From assembly GCA_052035525.1 (NCBI GenBank), contig JBPOHN010000035.1, positions 7,135 to 71,134 on the forward strand: a stretch of DNA of 64,000 nt. Reading direction: 5' to 3'. Shown piece after piece: positions 1 through 8,559 of the stretch (positions are counted from its first letter, which is position 1; each line of letters begins with the position of its first letter). The notes beneath the pieces were generated by a model. It searched no databases. It was not told where the DNA came from and saw only the letters and a list, made by a program, of their open reading frames with translations. The position numbers were made by a program, and so were the translations under genes. Origin of the DNA: Armatimonadota bacterium. Its GTDB lineage: Bacteria > Armatimonadota > UBA5829.

Positions 1-692
1 GCGATCGGCACGGCCGCCGAGTCCCTGAGGTCAGCATGCTCCATGATGATATCGGCCACGTCTCCCGGATGGGAGGTATGCCTTATCTGGAAGCTGGCCG
101 TCATCAGTTCGTTACCCGTGAACGTGTCAGGACCGGTGATGGTAACCTCCAGAAATTCCGGCATCCCGGCGTTTACGCTGACTTCTGACGAATCAGGGAT
201 GCCTCCGCCCGCCTGAACCGAATGGGGATCAAGCAAGAGCTCAGAGCTGTCGTATCCGAGCATGATGCTGCAGTTCGCCGCTGTCGAGAAGTCGTTCAGC
301 TTCACACGCACGGTCACGTAGTCGCCCGCGTTGCCAGAGACGTCCTGCACGAAGACCGATCTGGGGTTGTTCACATTCAAGGTGTGCGATGTGGTATAGA
401 CGTTGCGGGTAGTCTCAACGGTGACGGCGACCGGCCCATTGGGCAGATTGAGACTTAGCGTGTCCATCCTCGGGGTCATCGTATTGGCGGGAGTAACCGT
501 CGCGAATATCTTTCCGCCAGCCCTGAAGATAACGCTTTCGGCCATGGCAGGGTTCAGCATGGTACAGGTGATGACCTGATTGCCCTTACACGTGTAACCC
601 GCCGGCGGGTCGGTGATCTTGAGCATCATCGACCCCGTTTCTCCGCCGCATCCGCAGACGAGGGCCAGAAGAAGCGCGGAACACACAACCAT
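1..692 (-). CDS. Secreted lipoprotein with cohesin-like domain (3' end runs off the window start)
   Basis: Minus-strand frame open from ATG at 692 to position 1. It is absent from the ORF track because no stop lies in the window. N-terminus MVVCSALLLALVCGCGG looks like a signal peptide plus lipobox Cys. VFVQDVSGNAGDYVTVRVKLNDFSTAANCSIMLGYDSSELL resembles a cohesin-type domain. Confidence 0.6.
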   Translation of the reverse strand, partial: MVVCSALLLALVCGCGGETGSMMLKITDPPAGYTCKGNQVITCTMLNPAMAESVIFRAGGKIFATVTPANTMTPRMDTLSLNLPNGPVAVTVETTRNVYTTSHTLNVNNPRSVFVQDVSGNAGDYVTVRVKLNDFSTAANCSIMLGYDSSELLLDPHSVQAGGGIPDSSEVSVNAGMPEFLEVTITGPDTFTGNELMTASFQIRHTSHPGDVADIIMEHADLRDSAAVPI

Positions 693-820
693 TCCCAGAG
701 CGACTAGTAACCTATGAGTACGCAAGCATCGCCTCCAAATCAGCATTCGTGGCTCACTATAGCAGAATACGGCTCACCCTAGCAAGCGGGCTAATTGCTG
801 AGAGTCGATGAGGGCGCTGT

Positions 821-889
821 CGTCATCCTGAACTTGATTCAGGATCCGTCGCCACACTGTCTGGATGCCGGATCAAGTCCGGCATGACG
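821..889. repeat. Compound palindromic REP-like element
   Basis: ATCCTGAA-N5-TTCAGGAT (825-845) and GCCGGA-N5-TCCGGC (867-883) are nested inside the outer inverted repeat CGTCAT (821-826) / ATGACG (884-889). It sits immediately 3' of the 929..2614 gene. Confidence 0.6.
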
Positions 890-928
890 CATTTCCCACC
901 AACACTGAGCAGTTACCAAGCGGGCACG

Positions 929-2614
929 CTACCTGGCCGGAACCAGCTTCACAGCATCGGCCAGCACATTGCCGTTAGCGTCGTTTGTGAAGGTGATCGA
1001 GCCCTTGCTGCCTGCCTGGAACGTATACGGACCGCCGAGGGAAACCCACTGTCCCTTCATCGTCCGCAGATCGACGTGCCTGGTGACCGTCCCGCCGAGA
1101 TAACTGATGATCACGGGCGCATGGGTTGAATGGTCTTTGACAGGGTCCGGCCCGAAGTAAGCGTAGACCATATAGCGTCCTGTTTTGGGCACCTTCGGGG
1201 TGAAAACTGCCCTGGCCTCGCCCTTGCCCTTCCACGCCCAGCGGGTACCGAGGAAGTAACCGCTATCACTGCCGGACGCGTGCTGCCACTGGCCGATGAA
1301 CCTGGCCCCGTCGTCAGTGTCATCCACGACTATAGCCCCGGCTTCCTCCTTCGGCCGCACCGGCGCCTTCTCGAACACGTTCAAGCCGATCTGCAAATCT
1401 GCATTTGCGGGGTTAGCTATGGCCTTCGGCCCGCCCATCCGATTCCCCATCACAACGGCCGACTTGGCCTTGCCTCTGAGCGAAATCTGAGGGCCGTTTC
1501 CGTTGAAGTTGCAGGAACTGACGATAAGGTGGCCGCCAAAGGAGGCAATCGCGGGCGTCTTGTCCGCCTTGCGGTTCCAGCCCAGGAAGTTGCATCCCGT
1601 GAATGACACGGTGCCCGTGCCGGCAATGCGAGCGATCTCATCGGACGTGCCCCAGTAAGCGCAGTTGTTGAACTGAACTACGCCGGTGTTGGTATCCTTC
1701 ACGACGACCTCACAGGGCCTCTCTCCGCCGAATGCCACAAACTCGCCGTTAGTAAACAGCAGTCCCGGAGCCTGGCACTGCTCCACTAGCACAGAAGTCA
1801 CAGCCGCATCCACGCCGCATCCGAGCAGGTTGCCGTTCATCGCCCCGTCCTTGGACTGGGTGAACCGGAAGCCGGTGCCGTAGCCGAAGCAGAACACGTT
1901 GAAGACGTATTCCCAGTCGGTGCGCGCGAACACGAACGCTTCAGCATTCTTCGCCTGCCACTCCAGAACGTCGAGCTTCCAGAACGGCCAGAAGTGCACG
2001 TTCTCGATGCGCCCCACGTCGTAGCACTTGTCCACCGAGATACCGATCTTCAGCGGCTGGCCGTAGAGGTTTCGGATGTAATGCCGCCCGGATGCGTTGG
2101 TCGCAAAATCGACGCCTTTGTATGGGTTCACGATCAGGCAGTCCAGGATCGACATGTTGTCGCCGCCGGCGCCCTGGATGCACCACGGATACGGCACGAT
2201 CTCGTCCGCCTTCTGGTCAGGATAGTAGATCGTGACCCCTTTGAGGCACGAGTTGATGTTGAGGGTGATGAATGCAGGGCCGTCTTCCGATCCCGCGCCC
2301 TCGACCGCCAGCAGAGTGGTTCCCTTCATCTGCGAGAAGGCCGTGGGAATGGTCCAGACGCCCTCAAGTGTCACATTTGGGGGCACCACGAGGTGGGACT
2401 TGATCATGTAGTTGCCCGTCGGGGCAAACACCGTCCCGCCCTGCCCTCCAACGGCGTTGAGGGCGGCAGTGAACGCGGCGGTGTCATCAGTAACGCCGTC
2501 ACCCTTCGCGCCATAGTCCATAACGTTGACACGGGACGGCTGTTGAGCGGCGCACGCCGCGAAACTCACCGTGCACAGAAGGGCCAGAATGAGTGCGAAT
2601 GTCTTGAGAACCAT
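929..2614 (-). CDS. Secreted right-handed beta-helix enzyme (pectate-lyase superfamily, PF12708-like) with C-terminal golvesin-like domain
   Basis: Signal peptide MVLKTFALILALLCTVSFAACAA. Hallmark N-terminal motif DYGAKGDGVTDDTAAF. The C-terminal ~130 aa (GQWQHASGSDSGYFLGTRWAWKG...NVLADAVKLV) resemble the golvesin/Xly-type C-terminal domain (recognised from memory). Confidence 0.75.
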   Translation of the reverse strand: MVLKTFALILALLCTVSFAACAAQQPSRVNVMDYGAKGDGVTDDTAAFTAALNAVGGQGGTVFAPTGNYMIKSHLVVPPNVTLEGVWTIPTAFSQMKGTTLLAVEGAGSEDGPAFITLNINSCLKGVTIYYPDQKADEIVPYPWCIQGAGGDNMSILDCLIVNPYKGVDFATNASGRHYIRNLYGQPLKIGISVDKCYDVGRIENVHFWPFWKLDVLEWQAKNAEAFVFARTDWEYVFNVFCFGYGTGFRFTQSKDGAMNGNLLGCGVDAAVTSVLVEQCQAPGLLFTNGEFVAFGGERPCEVVVKDTNTGVVQFNNCAYWGTSDEIARIAGTGTVSFTGCNFLGWNRKADKTPAIASFGGHLIVSSCNFNGNGPQISLRGKAKSAVVMGNRMGGPKAIANPANADLQIGLNVFEKAPVRPKEEAGAIVVDDTDDGARFIGQWQHASGSDSGYFLGTRWAWKGKGEARAVFTPKVPKTGRYMVYAYFGPDPVKDHSTHAPVIISYLGGTVTRHVDLRTMKGQWVSLGGPYTFQAGSKGSITFTNDANGNVLADAVKLVPAR

Positions 2615-2630
2615 TGTTGCCTCGCGTTTT

Positions 2631-4991
2631 TCAGTCGTAATACAGCATCATCGGACCGACGAAGACGGCGCCTTTGGCTTCCGCGCCACCGACATTGTCC
2701 AGTAGAAACACCGTGTCCCATCTGATGGGATAGGCCATTCGCCCATCGTTCTTTCCGCCCCAATGGCCCGCTACTTTGCCCGTCATATCAGCTTCCAGGC
2801 AGCGCCAATCGCTGAAGTTGAGCGTGCCGAAATCGGGCTGGAAAGTCTGATCGCCTGAATCTATGACTCGCAGCCGCCCAGCCCCGTTGCCGCCATCGCC
2901 CTTCACCCAGATCCTCGCCCGGGACGGCTGTTCCACGATCGGCACCGGGATTCCGTGCGTCACGCGCACGAACTTCCAGCCGTTGCCGAAGGAGTAGTCC
3001 AGCTTCGCGCATACCTCGGCGGGAGCACCGCCGGGAGCTTTGCAGTAGGTCAGCTTCGCATCAGCCGGCACCTTGGGATCGCCATCGAGCTTCACCGCAT
3101 ATTTCAGAACCACCTCACCTGGCTTTCCATCGGCGAAGGACTCGACCAGCGAATAGCGCTTTGCAGGCATGCTGATGACATTACCGCCATCTGCATCCAC
3201 CAGCCTGCAGGAGAATGCAAACAACACGGATGGCCGGAGGGTGCACTTGAAGCGAGCGAGCGCCTGCGTCTGGCCCGCGGCGAGCGTGACCGGGACGGTG
3301 GTCTTCTCGAACTGGATCCCCTGCGGATTGCCGATGGTCACGCTTCCCTTGAACGGCTCTTTGGCGATGTGCTCCGGCCTGCGAACCTCGACGATGATCT
3401 CCCGCCCGGCTGAGGGCAGCACTTCAAGCCTGGGACACTCGGAGGCGTCCACTTCGACCACACGAACAAGCGGCTCCTTGAGGCCGTCGAGCTTCAGCGT
3501 TACCGTTACAACCGGCGCCGATTGCCCGGCATACCTGTAGGGAACCGACGCGCCGTCACCAGAGGACTCCAGGGCCCCATTCTCAACGCCTGCGCCGGAC
3601 ACAGTGACGACTCCGCCCTCACTCGCGCTGGAGTTGACCTTGAGCATCAGGCCTTCTTTTGTCACCTCCGCCCTGGCGTCCACGTCCCACGCAGCCTCGG
3701 CCGCCCAGCGGGCGCTCTTGCCGAGAGGCTCGATGTACTGCGGGGATTGGGTCAGCTTAAGCGCCAGCTTGCCGTCCTTCACCTGCGCTTTGGTTCGCTC
3801 GCCCGAGCGAGAGACGATCTCGACTTCCTCTACGTCCAGCGGCAGGGATATGGTGTGCGGATCGGCCGTCGTCCAGGCTGCCAGGCGGTAGTCGTCGCCC
3901 TTCTTGAACAGCGCCAGGTAGTCTTCATCACTGCCGAAGCGGATTCGGTTAGCGTAGGAGTAGCCGTTCAGCTCGGTTGTGAGCGTATTCATTGCGTGGA
4001 AGGCAGGTTTGGGGTCCATGTTCTGTCGGACCGTGCCGAATCGGTGCTCGTTTTCGTTCGGATCGGGGCCGTCATCCCGCCAGTCATACCAGATGTTGAT
4101 ACGGCAGCGGTTCATCATGTTTGACAGCGCCTGCCGCGCGATGTAGTCCGCCTGGGTTTCCTCGGAAACGCCCTTGGTGAACGTGGAGTAGCCCCATTCG
4201 CCGCTTACAATCTCGTATTGCCGGCCCTTAGGCGCGTATTGGGCGATGAACTGCCGGAGCTTCATGTAGCGGTCCGCGGCATCCTCGGGCTTGCTGCAGC
4301 CGTAGGGATGGACCGAGATGACGTCGCAGTTCTCGAGCAGCCCCAGCTTGAACGCCTTCTCCAGGAAGCCCAGATCGACGCCCGACGTGGCGGGAGCAAG
4401 GAGAAGGCTGTCAGGGTCGGCTTTCTTCAGCGCGGGATAGACGACTTTGGCGAGCTTGACGTAGTCCTCAACGTTCGGTTGAGGCCGCCAGAAAAAGATG
4501 TTGGGCTCGTTCCAGAGTTCCCATACGACGCCTTTGCCCTTGAAGTGCGCCACCCCGGCGGTGACGAACTTCACGAACGCCGCCCTGCCCTCGTCAGTGT
4601 GCGGGGCCATGTCGTTATCGTAGAGCGGATTGCCGTAGTCGAGGATGAAGTAGGCGCGGATACCCTTGGTTGCAAGGGAGTCCACAAGCTCATCATACTT
4701 GCTGAAGTCGTAAACGCCCTTCTCGCGCTCGATATGCACCCACGAGAAGTCCATGCGAATGAACCGGAATCCTTCCTCGGCGATTTTCGCCACCTGCTCA
4801 GCTTCAGTGCCCGTGAAGTGGATGTTCACCCCAAGGCAGTCAGGGACTCTAAGCGCAGGCAGCGCAGAGCCATCCCGAGGCGGCAGCCCGAAAACACCCT
4901 GAGCCTGTCGAAGGGCGCTTCCGGCATCTGCCGCATAACTTGCCGTGGATATGAGCACCATCAATATCAACACCCCCAGGAGCCTGGTCAT
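2631..4991 (-). CDS. Secreted clan GH-A glycoside hydrolase (GH5-like) with long C-terminal beta-rich extension
   Basis: Signal peptide present. TIM-barrel motifs are FIRMDFSW, VWELWNEPN (acid/base Glu) and SGEWGYST (nucleophile Glu). It lies 16 nt upstream of the beta-helix gene on the same strand. Confidence 0.7.
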   Translation of the reverse strand: MTRLLGVLILMVLISTASYAADAGSALRQAQGVFGLPPRDGSALPALRVPDCLGVNIHFTGTEAEQVAKIAEEGFRFIRMDFSWVHIEREKGVYDFSKYDELVDSLATKGIRAYFILDYGNPLYDNDMAPHTDEGRAAFVKFVTAGVAHFKGKGVVWELWNEPNIFFWRPQPNVEDYVKLAKVVYPALKKADPDSLLLAPATSGVDLGFLEKAFKLGLLENCDVISVHPYGCSKPEDAADRYMKLRQFIAQYAPKGRQYEIVSGEWGYSTFTKGVSEETQADYIARQALSNMMNRCRINIWYDWRDDGPDPNENEHRFGTVRQNMDPKPAFHAMNTLTTELNGYSYANRIRFGSDEDYLALFKKGDDYRLAAWTTADPHTISLPLDVEEVEIVSRSGERTKAQVKDGKLALKLTQSPQYIEPLGKSARWAAEAAWDVDARAEVTKEGLMLKVNSSASEGGVVTVSGAGVENGALESSGDGASVPYRYAGQSAPVVTVTLKLDGLKEPLVRVVEVDASECPRLEVLPSAGREIIVEVRRPEHIAKEPFKGSVTIGNPQGIQFEKTTVPVTLAAGQTQALARFKCTLRPSVLFAFSCRLVDADGGNVISMPAKRYSLVESFADGKPGEVVLKYAVKLDGDPKVPADAKLTYCKAPGGAPAEVCAKLDYSFGNGWKFVRVTHGIPVPIVEQPSRARIWVKGDGGNGAGRLRVIDSGDQTFQPDFGTLNFSDWRCLEADMTGKVAGHWGGKNDGRMAYPIRWDTVFLLDNVGGAEAKGAVFVGPMMLYYD

Positions 4992-5007
4992 CGCTTCACC
5001 TCGTCGT

Positions 5008-5043
5008 GGTTAGAAGGTTGGAAGGTTCGGAAGGTTGGGAAAG
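5008..5043. repeat. GGTTnGAA octamer tandem run (4 units)
   Basis: Sequence is GGTTAGAA GGTTGGAA GGTTCGGAA GGTTGGGAA. It lies in the divergent intergenic region between the GH5-like gene and the cyclase gene. Confidence 0.7.
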
Positions 5044-5155
5044 CATCCCACTGAGTTCGTACTTGTACAGCGGGCGGAGCGTTACCTGCTTAGGCGGCTT
5101 GCCCGGCAGGCGCCGTTCGCGTTATACTTTCGGTGCAGTTGGAAAGGAGCTGGCC

Positions 5156-5809
5156 TTGAGACGAATCATCGATCTGACTCATACCATACGTGCCGGCATG
5201 CCGGTGTGGCCGGGCGACCCCGGCGTGGAGTTCAAGAAGGTCGCTTTCATACACGACGCGGGTTACAACTGCACGCGGATAGCCATGGGCGCGCATACCG
5301 GCACCCATGTAGACAGCCCCCACCACGTGATGCACGACGACCGGGGCGTGGACGCATATCCCGTGGACGCGCTCGTCGGCTGGGCGGAGGTGCTGGATCT
5401 GGGCGAGTTGGCGCCAAGGGCCGAGATCAGGTCCGCGGACCTCGACAGATTTGTGGGCCGGGTACCGGAGGGGGCGAGGGTCCTGCTGAGAACCGGCTGG
5501 GGCAAACGATGGGGCCAACCCGAGTTCTACACCGAGTTTCCCGGCATCAGCGAAGGAGCAATCGCCTGGCTGCAGGCCCGGAAGGTGAAGCTGCTGGGCA
5601 TTGAACAGCCCTCCGTGCACACGACACTCGACAAGCAGGTGCATAAAGCGGTGCTGGTAAGCGGCATGGTGCTGCTGGAGACGGTGGGGAACATGCACCA
5701 GATCACACAGGACCGCGTCTACCTCGCCGCACTGCCCATGAAGCTCGCCGGCCTCGACGGCGCGCCCTCCCGCGTGGTGGCGATAGAGGGGATAGAGGTC
5801 AACGAGTGA
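5156..5809 (+). CDS. Cyclase family protein (kynurenine formamidase-like, PF04199)
   Basis: Motif [11 protein letters not shown] matches HxGTHxDxPxH. I prefer the TTG start at 5156, preceded by GGAAAGGAG, over the track start at 5006. Confidence 0.75.
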   Translation: MRRIIDLTHTIRAGMPVWPGDPGVEFKKVAFIHDAGYNCTRIAMGAHTGTHVDSPHHVMHDDRGVDAYPVDALVGWAEVLDLGELAPRAEIRSADLDRFVGRVPEGARVLLRTGWGKRWGQPEFYTEFPGISEGAIAWLQARKVKLLGIEQPSVHTTLDKQVHKAVLVSGMVLLETVGNMHQITQDRVYLAALPMKLAGLDGAPSRVVAIEGIEVNE

Positions 5810-6819
5810 CGGACAAAGCTGCACTGCGCCAGAAGCTGTATTCGCTGCTTGGCGATCTGCCGCCGCGGGACAGGCCGATATCGGCGGAGGTGGTATCCGA
5901 AGAGGATCGCGGCGGATATGTGCTGGAGAAGCTGGTTCTCGATCTGAACGGCATCGAGCCGGTACCGGCCTACTTCATGGAGCCCAAGGGCAACGGGAAG
6001 CGCCCGACGATACTGTATCACCACGCGCACGGCGGCGATTACTCGCTTGGCAAAGACGAGTTGATACTCGGCAGGCCTGCTCTGCAGAAGCCGCCATATG
6101 CAGAGGCGCTGACGGCACTGGGCTACAACGTGCTGTGCGCCGACACGTGGCTGTTCGGGGAGCGCAGCCTGACAACCAAGAAACGCACGCCCGAGTTGGG
6201 GCTCGCGGGCAAGGTTATGCGGCGCGCCCTCAAGTCCATGGGCTACGAGGTGGTTCCGAGGACGGATAGACTGCAGCGCAGCACTGAAGGCACCCTCTTC
6301 AAGGAGATGCTCTGGAAAGGCCAGGTGCTGTGGGGCATGATGGTCTACGACTCGATCAGAGCGCTCGATTATCTGTGCTCAAGACCGGATGTTAATGCCT
6401 CCCGAATCGGCACGATGGGCCTCTCGATGGGATCGACCATGTCCTGGTGGCTGGCGGCTCTGGATGAGCGGGTCAAGGTGTGCGTCGATCTATGCTGCCT
6501 GACGGACTTCGACGCGCTGATCGATACACGCGGGCTGGACCGGCACGGGCTCTACTACTACGTCCCCGGGCTGCTTAGGGAATGGACGACGGGCAAGATC
6601 AACGCCCTGATCGCGCCCAGGCCGCACCTGGCGCTGGCCGGAGAGTTCGACCAGCTCACTCCCGCGCACGGGCTGGACAGAGTGGACGCAGAGATGAGGC
6701 AGGCCTACTTCGAAGCCGGCGCGCCGGATGCGTGGAGGCTGCTGCGATATCCCGTAGGACATCAGGAAACCGAAGGCATGCGTCAGGAGACGCTTGAGTG
6801 GTTCCAACGGTGGCTCTAA
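5806..6819 (+). CDS. Alpha/beta hydrolase (dienelactone hydrolase / acetyl-xylan-esterase-like)
   Basis: Nucleophile elbow GLSMGS. GTGA start/stop overlap with the cyclase gene suggests translational coupling. Confidence 0.65.
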   Translation: MTDKAALRQKLYSLLGDLPPRDRPISAEVVSEEDRGGYVLEKLVLDLNGIEPVPAYFMEPKGNGKRPTILYHHAHGGDYSLGKDELILGRPALQKPPYAEALTALGYNVLCADTWLFGERSLTTKKRTPELGLAGKVMRRALKSMGYEVVPRTDRLQRSTEGTLFKEMLWKGQVLWGMMVYDSIRALDYLCSRPDVNASRIGTMGLSMGSTMSWWLAALDERVKVCVDLCCLTDFDALIDTRGLDRHGLYYYVPGLLREWTTGKINALIAPRPHLALAGEFDQLTPAHGLDRVDAEMRQAYFEAGAPDAWRLLRYPVGHQETEGMRQETLEWFQRWL

Positions 6820-6826
6820 GCAGCCG

Positions 6827-7165
6827 CTACCCCAACGCTACCTTGCAGCCTTGACGCCGCGAACGTGGCTCGGGGCAGCTAATCCTGATCGGCATATGGA
6901 GCGCGAAGCACACCCGCTTGAGTATCTCGATTGCATTCCCGTGGTAGTCGGCATTCTCGACTCTGGAGATGGTCGCCTGATTGGAGCCTATCAGCTTTGC
7001 AAGATCGGCCTGCGAGAGACCCACACTCTCGCGGAGGTCGTATACGGCCTGGCCGATCTGCATGTTCAACTCCTCCTCGGCCGACATCGCATCCCATCCC
7101 GGAATGCTGCCATACCATTTGTCCATCAACTCGACCACGTCGCTGACTCTCTTATTCCTGCTCAT
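6827..7165 (-). CDS. HigA-like XRE-family HTH antitoxin
   Basis: Internal Met at 7165. HTH segment LRESVGLSQADLAKLIGSNQATISRVEN is typical of XRE/HigA. Confidence 0.65.
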   Translation of the reverse strand: MSRNKRVSDVVELMDKWYGSIPGWDAMSAEEELNMQIGQAVYDLRESVGLSQADLAKLIGSNQATISRVENADYHGNAIEILKRVCFALHMPIRISCPEPRSRRQGCKVALG

Positions 7166-7348
7166 AGTAACTGAACCTTTCAGGATCCGACTCAAACAAC
7201 TGCTTGCGCTGACCCTCAGGTACTTGAGTCGCGCCTTACACTTGGCGAGCGCGCGACCGTCCCTGGCAGCTACCGAACTCTCCAACCACTCCTTGACGGG
7301 AACTCGGCCCTCTTCATCCCTGAAGAAGACTATCCTATTACGCGGCAT
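7166..7348 (-). pseudogene. N-terminal remnant of a HigB/Gp49-like (DUF891) toxin, fused in-frame to the antitoxin
   Basis: RIVFFRDEEGRVPVKEWLESS...AKCKARLKYL matches the first ~45 aa of Gp49/HigB-type toxins. The remaining ~60 aa are missing and the frame runs directly into HigA. Confidence 0.5.
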
Positions 7349-7396
7349 CGGCCACCTTTTTATTATACCACCAAAGACATAAGAATGTACACCGCA

Positions 7397-8080
7397 CTAT
7401 ATGATCCTCACGGGCGTCATGTCCACGTGATCCGCTGAGACGAGGCGGTAGTCGATGCCGTTGATGTCGCCCTGCAGATAGAACCCGGTGTGGATGTGCC
7501 CGTAGACGAGGATGTCCACGGCGTAGGCTTGCAATAGACCGGCGAACTCGTTCGGTTCCAGGTCCGCGTTGAACGGCGGGTAGTGCAGCATCACGATCTT
7601 CCTGTCCACCGTCTGTGGCATTTCCTTGAGGCCGCGCTCCAGATAGCCAAGCTCTCGCATCATCACCTTCGAGTCGCCCGCGTCGGGGTCCTCGTCCAGT
7701 TCTATCCGCCAGCCGCGAGTGCCGGTGATCCCGATGTTGTCGATCACGATGGCGTGACCGTGCATTAGCGTCATGTCTTCGGGTAGCTGCTTCTGAATGC
7801 GGGTTGTCGCCTCCCGCCGCCACCAGTAGTCGTGGTTGCCCCTTATAAGGATCTTGCGGCCGGGACGTGCGGAGATGAAATCCAGGTCCTGCCTCGCGTC
7901 CTCGAACTTGAGCGCCCAGGAATGGTCGCCGGCAAGCAGCACGGTATCCTCCGGCTGAACCGCGGCGTCCCAGTTCGCGGCGATACGCGCGGCGTGGTCG
8001 CGCCAAGCATCGCCGAATATGTCCATTGGTTTCTCGCCGGAAAGCGAAAGATGCAGGTCGGAGATAGCGTAGATCGACAT
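7397..8080 (-). CDS. Metallophosphoesterase (calcineurin-like)
   Basis: Motifs MSIYAISDLHL, LLAGDHS, GNHDYWW and GHIH. The Met at 8080 is preferred, because the upstream extension translates the octamer repeat (PSNLLTLRPSNL). Confidence 0.8.
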   Translation of the reverse strand: MSIYAISDLHLSLSGEKPMDIFGDAWRDHAARIAANWDAAVQPEDTVLLAGDHSWALKFEDARQDLDFISARPGRKILIRGNHDYWWRREATTRIQKQLPEDMTLMHGHAIVIDNIGITGTRGWRIELDEDPDAGDSKVMMRELGYLERGLKEMPQTVDRKIVMLHYPPFNADLEPNEFAGLLQAYAVDILVYGHIHTGFYLQGDINGIDYRLVSADHVDMTPVRII

Positions 8081-8102
8081 GGCGTTACTATTATACAGGT
8101 TT

Positions 8103-8131
8103 GAAGGTCGTAAGGTTAGAAGGTTGGAAGG
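8103..8131. repeat. GGTnnGAA/GGTTnGAA octamer run
   Basis: Sequence is GAAGGTCGTAAGGTTAGAAGGTTGGAAGG, directly upstream of the metallophosphoesterase start. Confidence 0.6.
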
Positions 8132-8265
8132 CCGGTACGGCACGGCAGGCCACGCGTGTGCGTGGCCTGCCGCTTGTCCAGACTCGCCCCCGAAACAGCT
8201 TCTGCACTAGCCACAGAAGTGGACTGCGCCCGTTCGGCGGATTTGCGGGTTGGGCATACTCCGCG

Positions 8266-8394
8266 CTATTTCTTCTTTCTGGGCTTCCTGACCGGTTTGG
8301 GCGATCCCATGTCGAAATCCGCGGACCCGCCCTTGCTCCCCGCCTTCTTGTTGCTCTGCTTAGGCTTCTTAGTATTGCTTTTCTTGTTTGCCAT
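8266..8394 (-). CDS. Small lysine-rich basic protein (42 aa), hypothetical
   Basis: Hand-translated as MANKKSNTKKPKQSNKKAGSKGGSADFDMGSPKPVRKPRKKK*. It is below the track's size cut-off. AAG/AAA-rich coding is conspicuous in GC-rich DNA. Confidence 0.35.
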   Translation of the reverse strand: MANKKSNTKKPKQSNKKAGSKGGSADFDMGSPKPVRKPRKKK

Positions 8395-8491
8395 CGCCAC
8401 AAGCTCCGCGATCATAGTGATGTTTGCTTGTACCCAAGGCGGAACACGGGCAAAACGAGATCGAACTACTCGCCTGCGTCCTTTGTCACAC

Positions 8492-8532
8492 GGAATCAGC
8501 CATCCTTCGACGCCGCTCAGGATGCTGATTCC
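8492..8532. repeat. Hairpin-embedded copy (reverse orientation) of the CTGAGC..TCGAAGG element
   Basis: GGAATCAGC (8492-8500) and GCTGATTCC (8524-8532) flank CATCCTTCGACGCCGCTCAGGAT. It lies just 3' of the 8560..10719 gene. Confidence 0.55.
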
Positions 8533-8559
8533 GCAGCTCGGAGTTGCAGGATCGGTCGC

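Noticed and set aside
222-458. 78-aa plus-strand ORF
   Set aside because: It lies antisense within the open minus-strand lipoprotein frame, which has a signal peptide and a cohesin-like motif.
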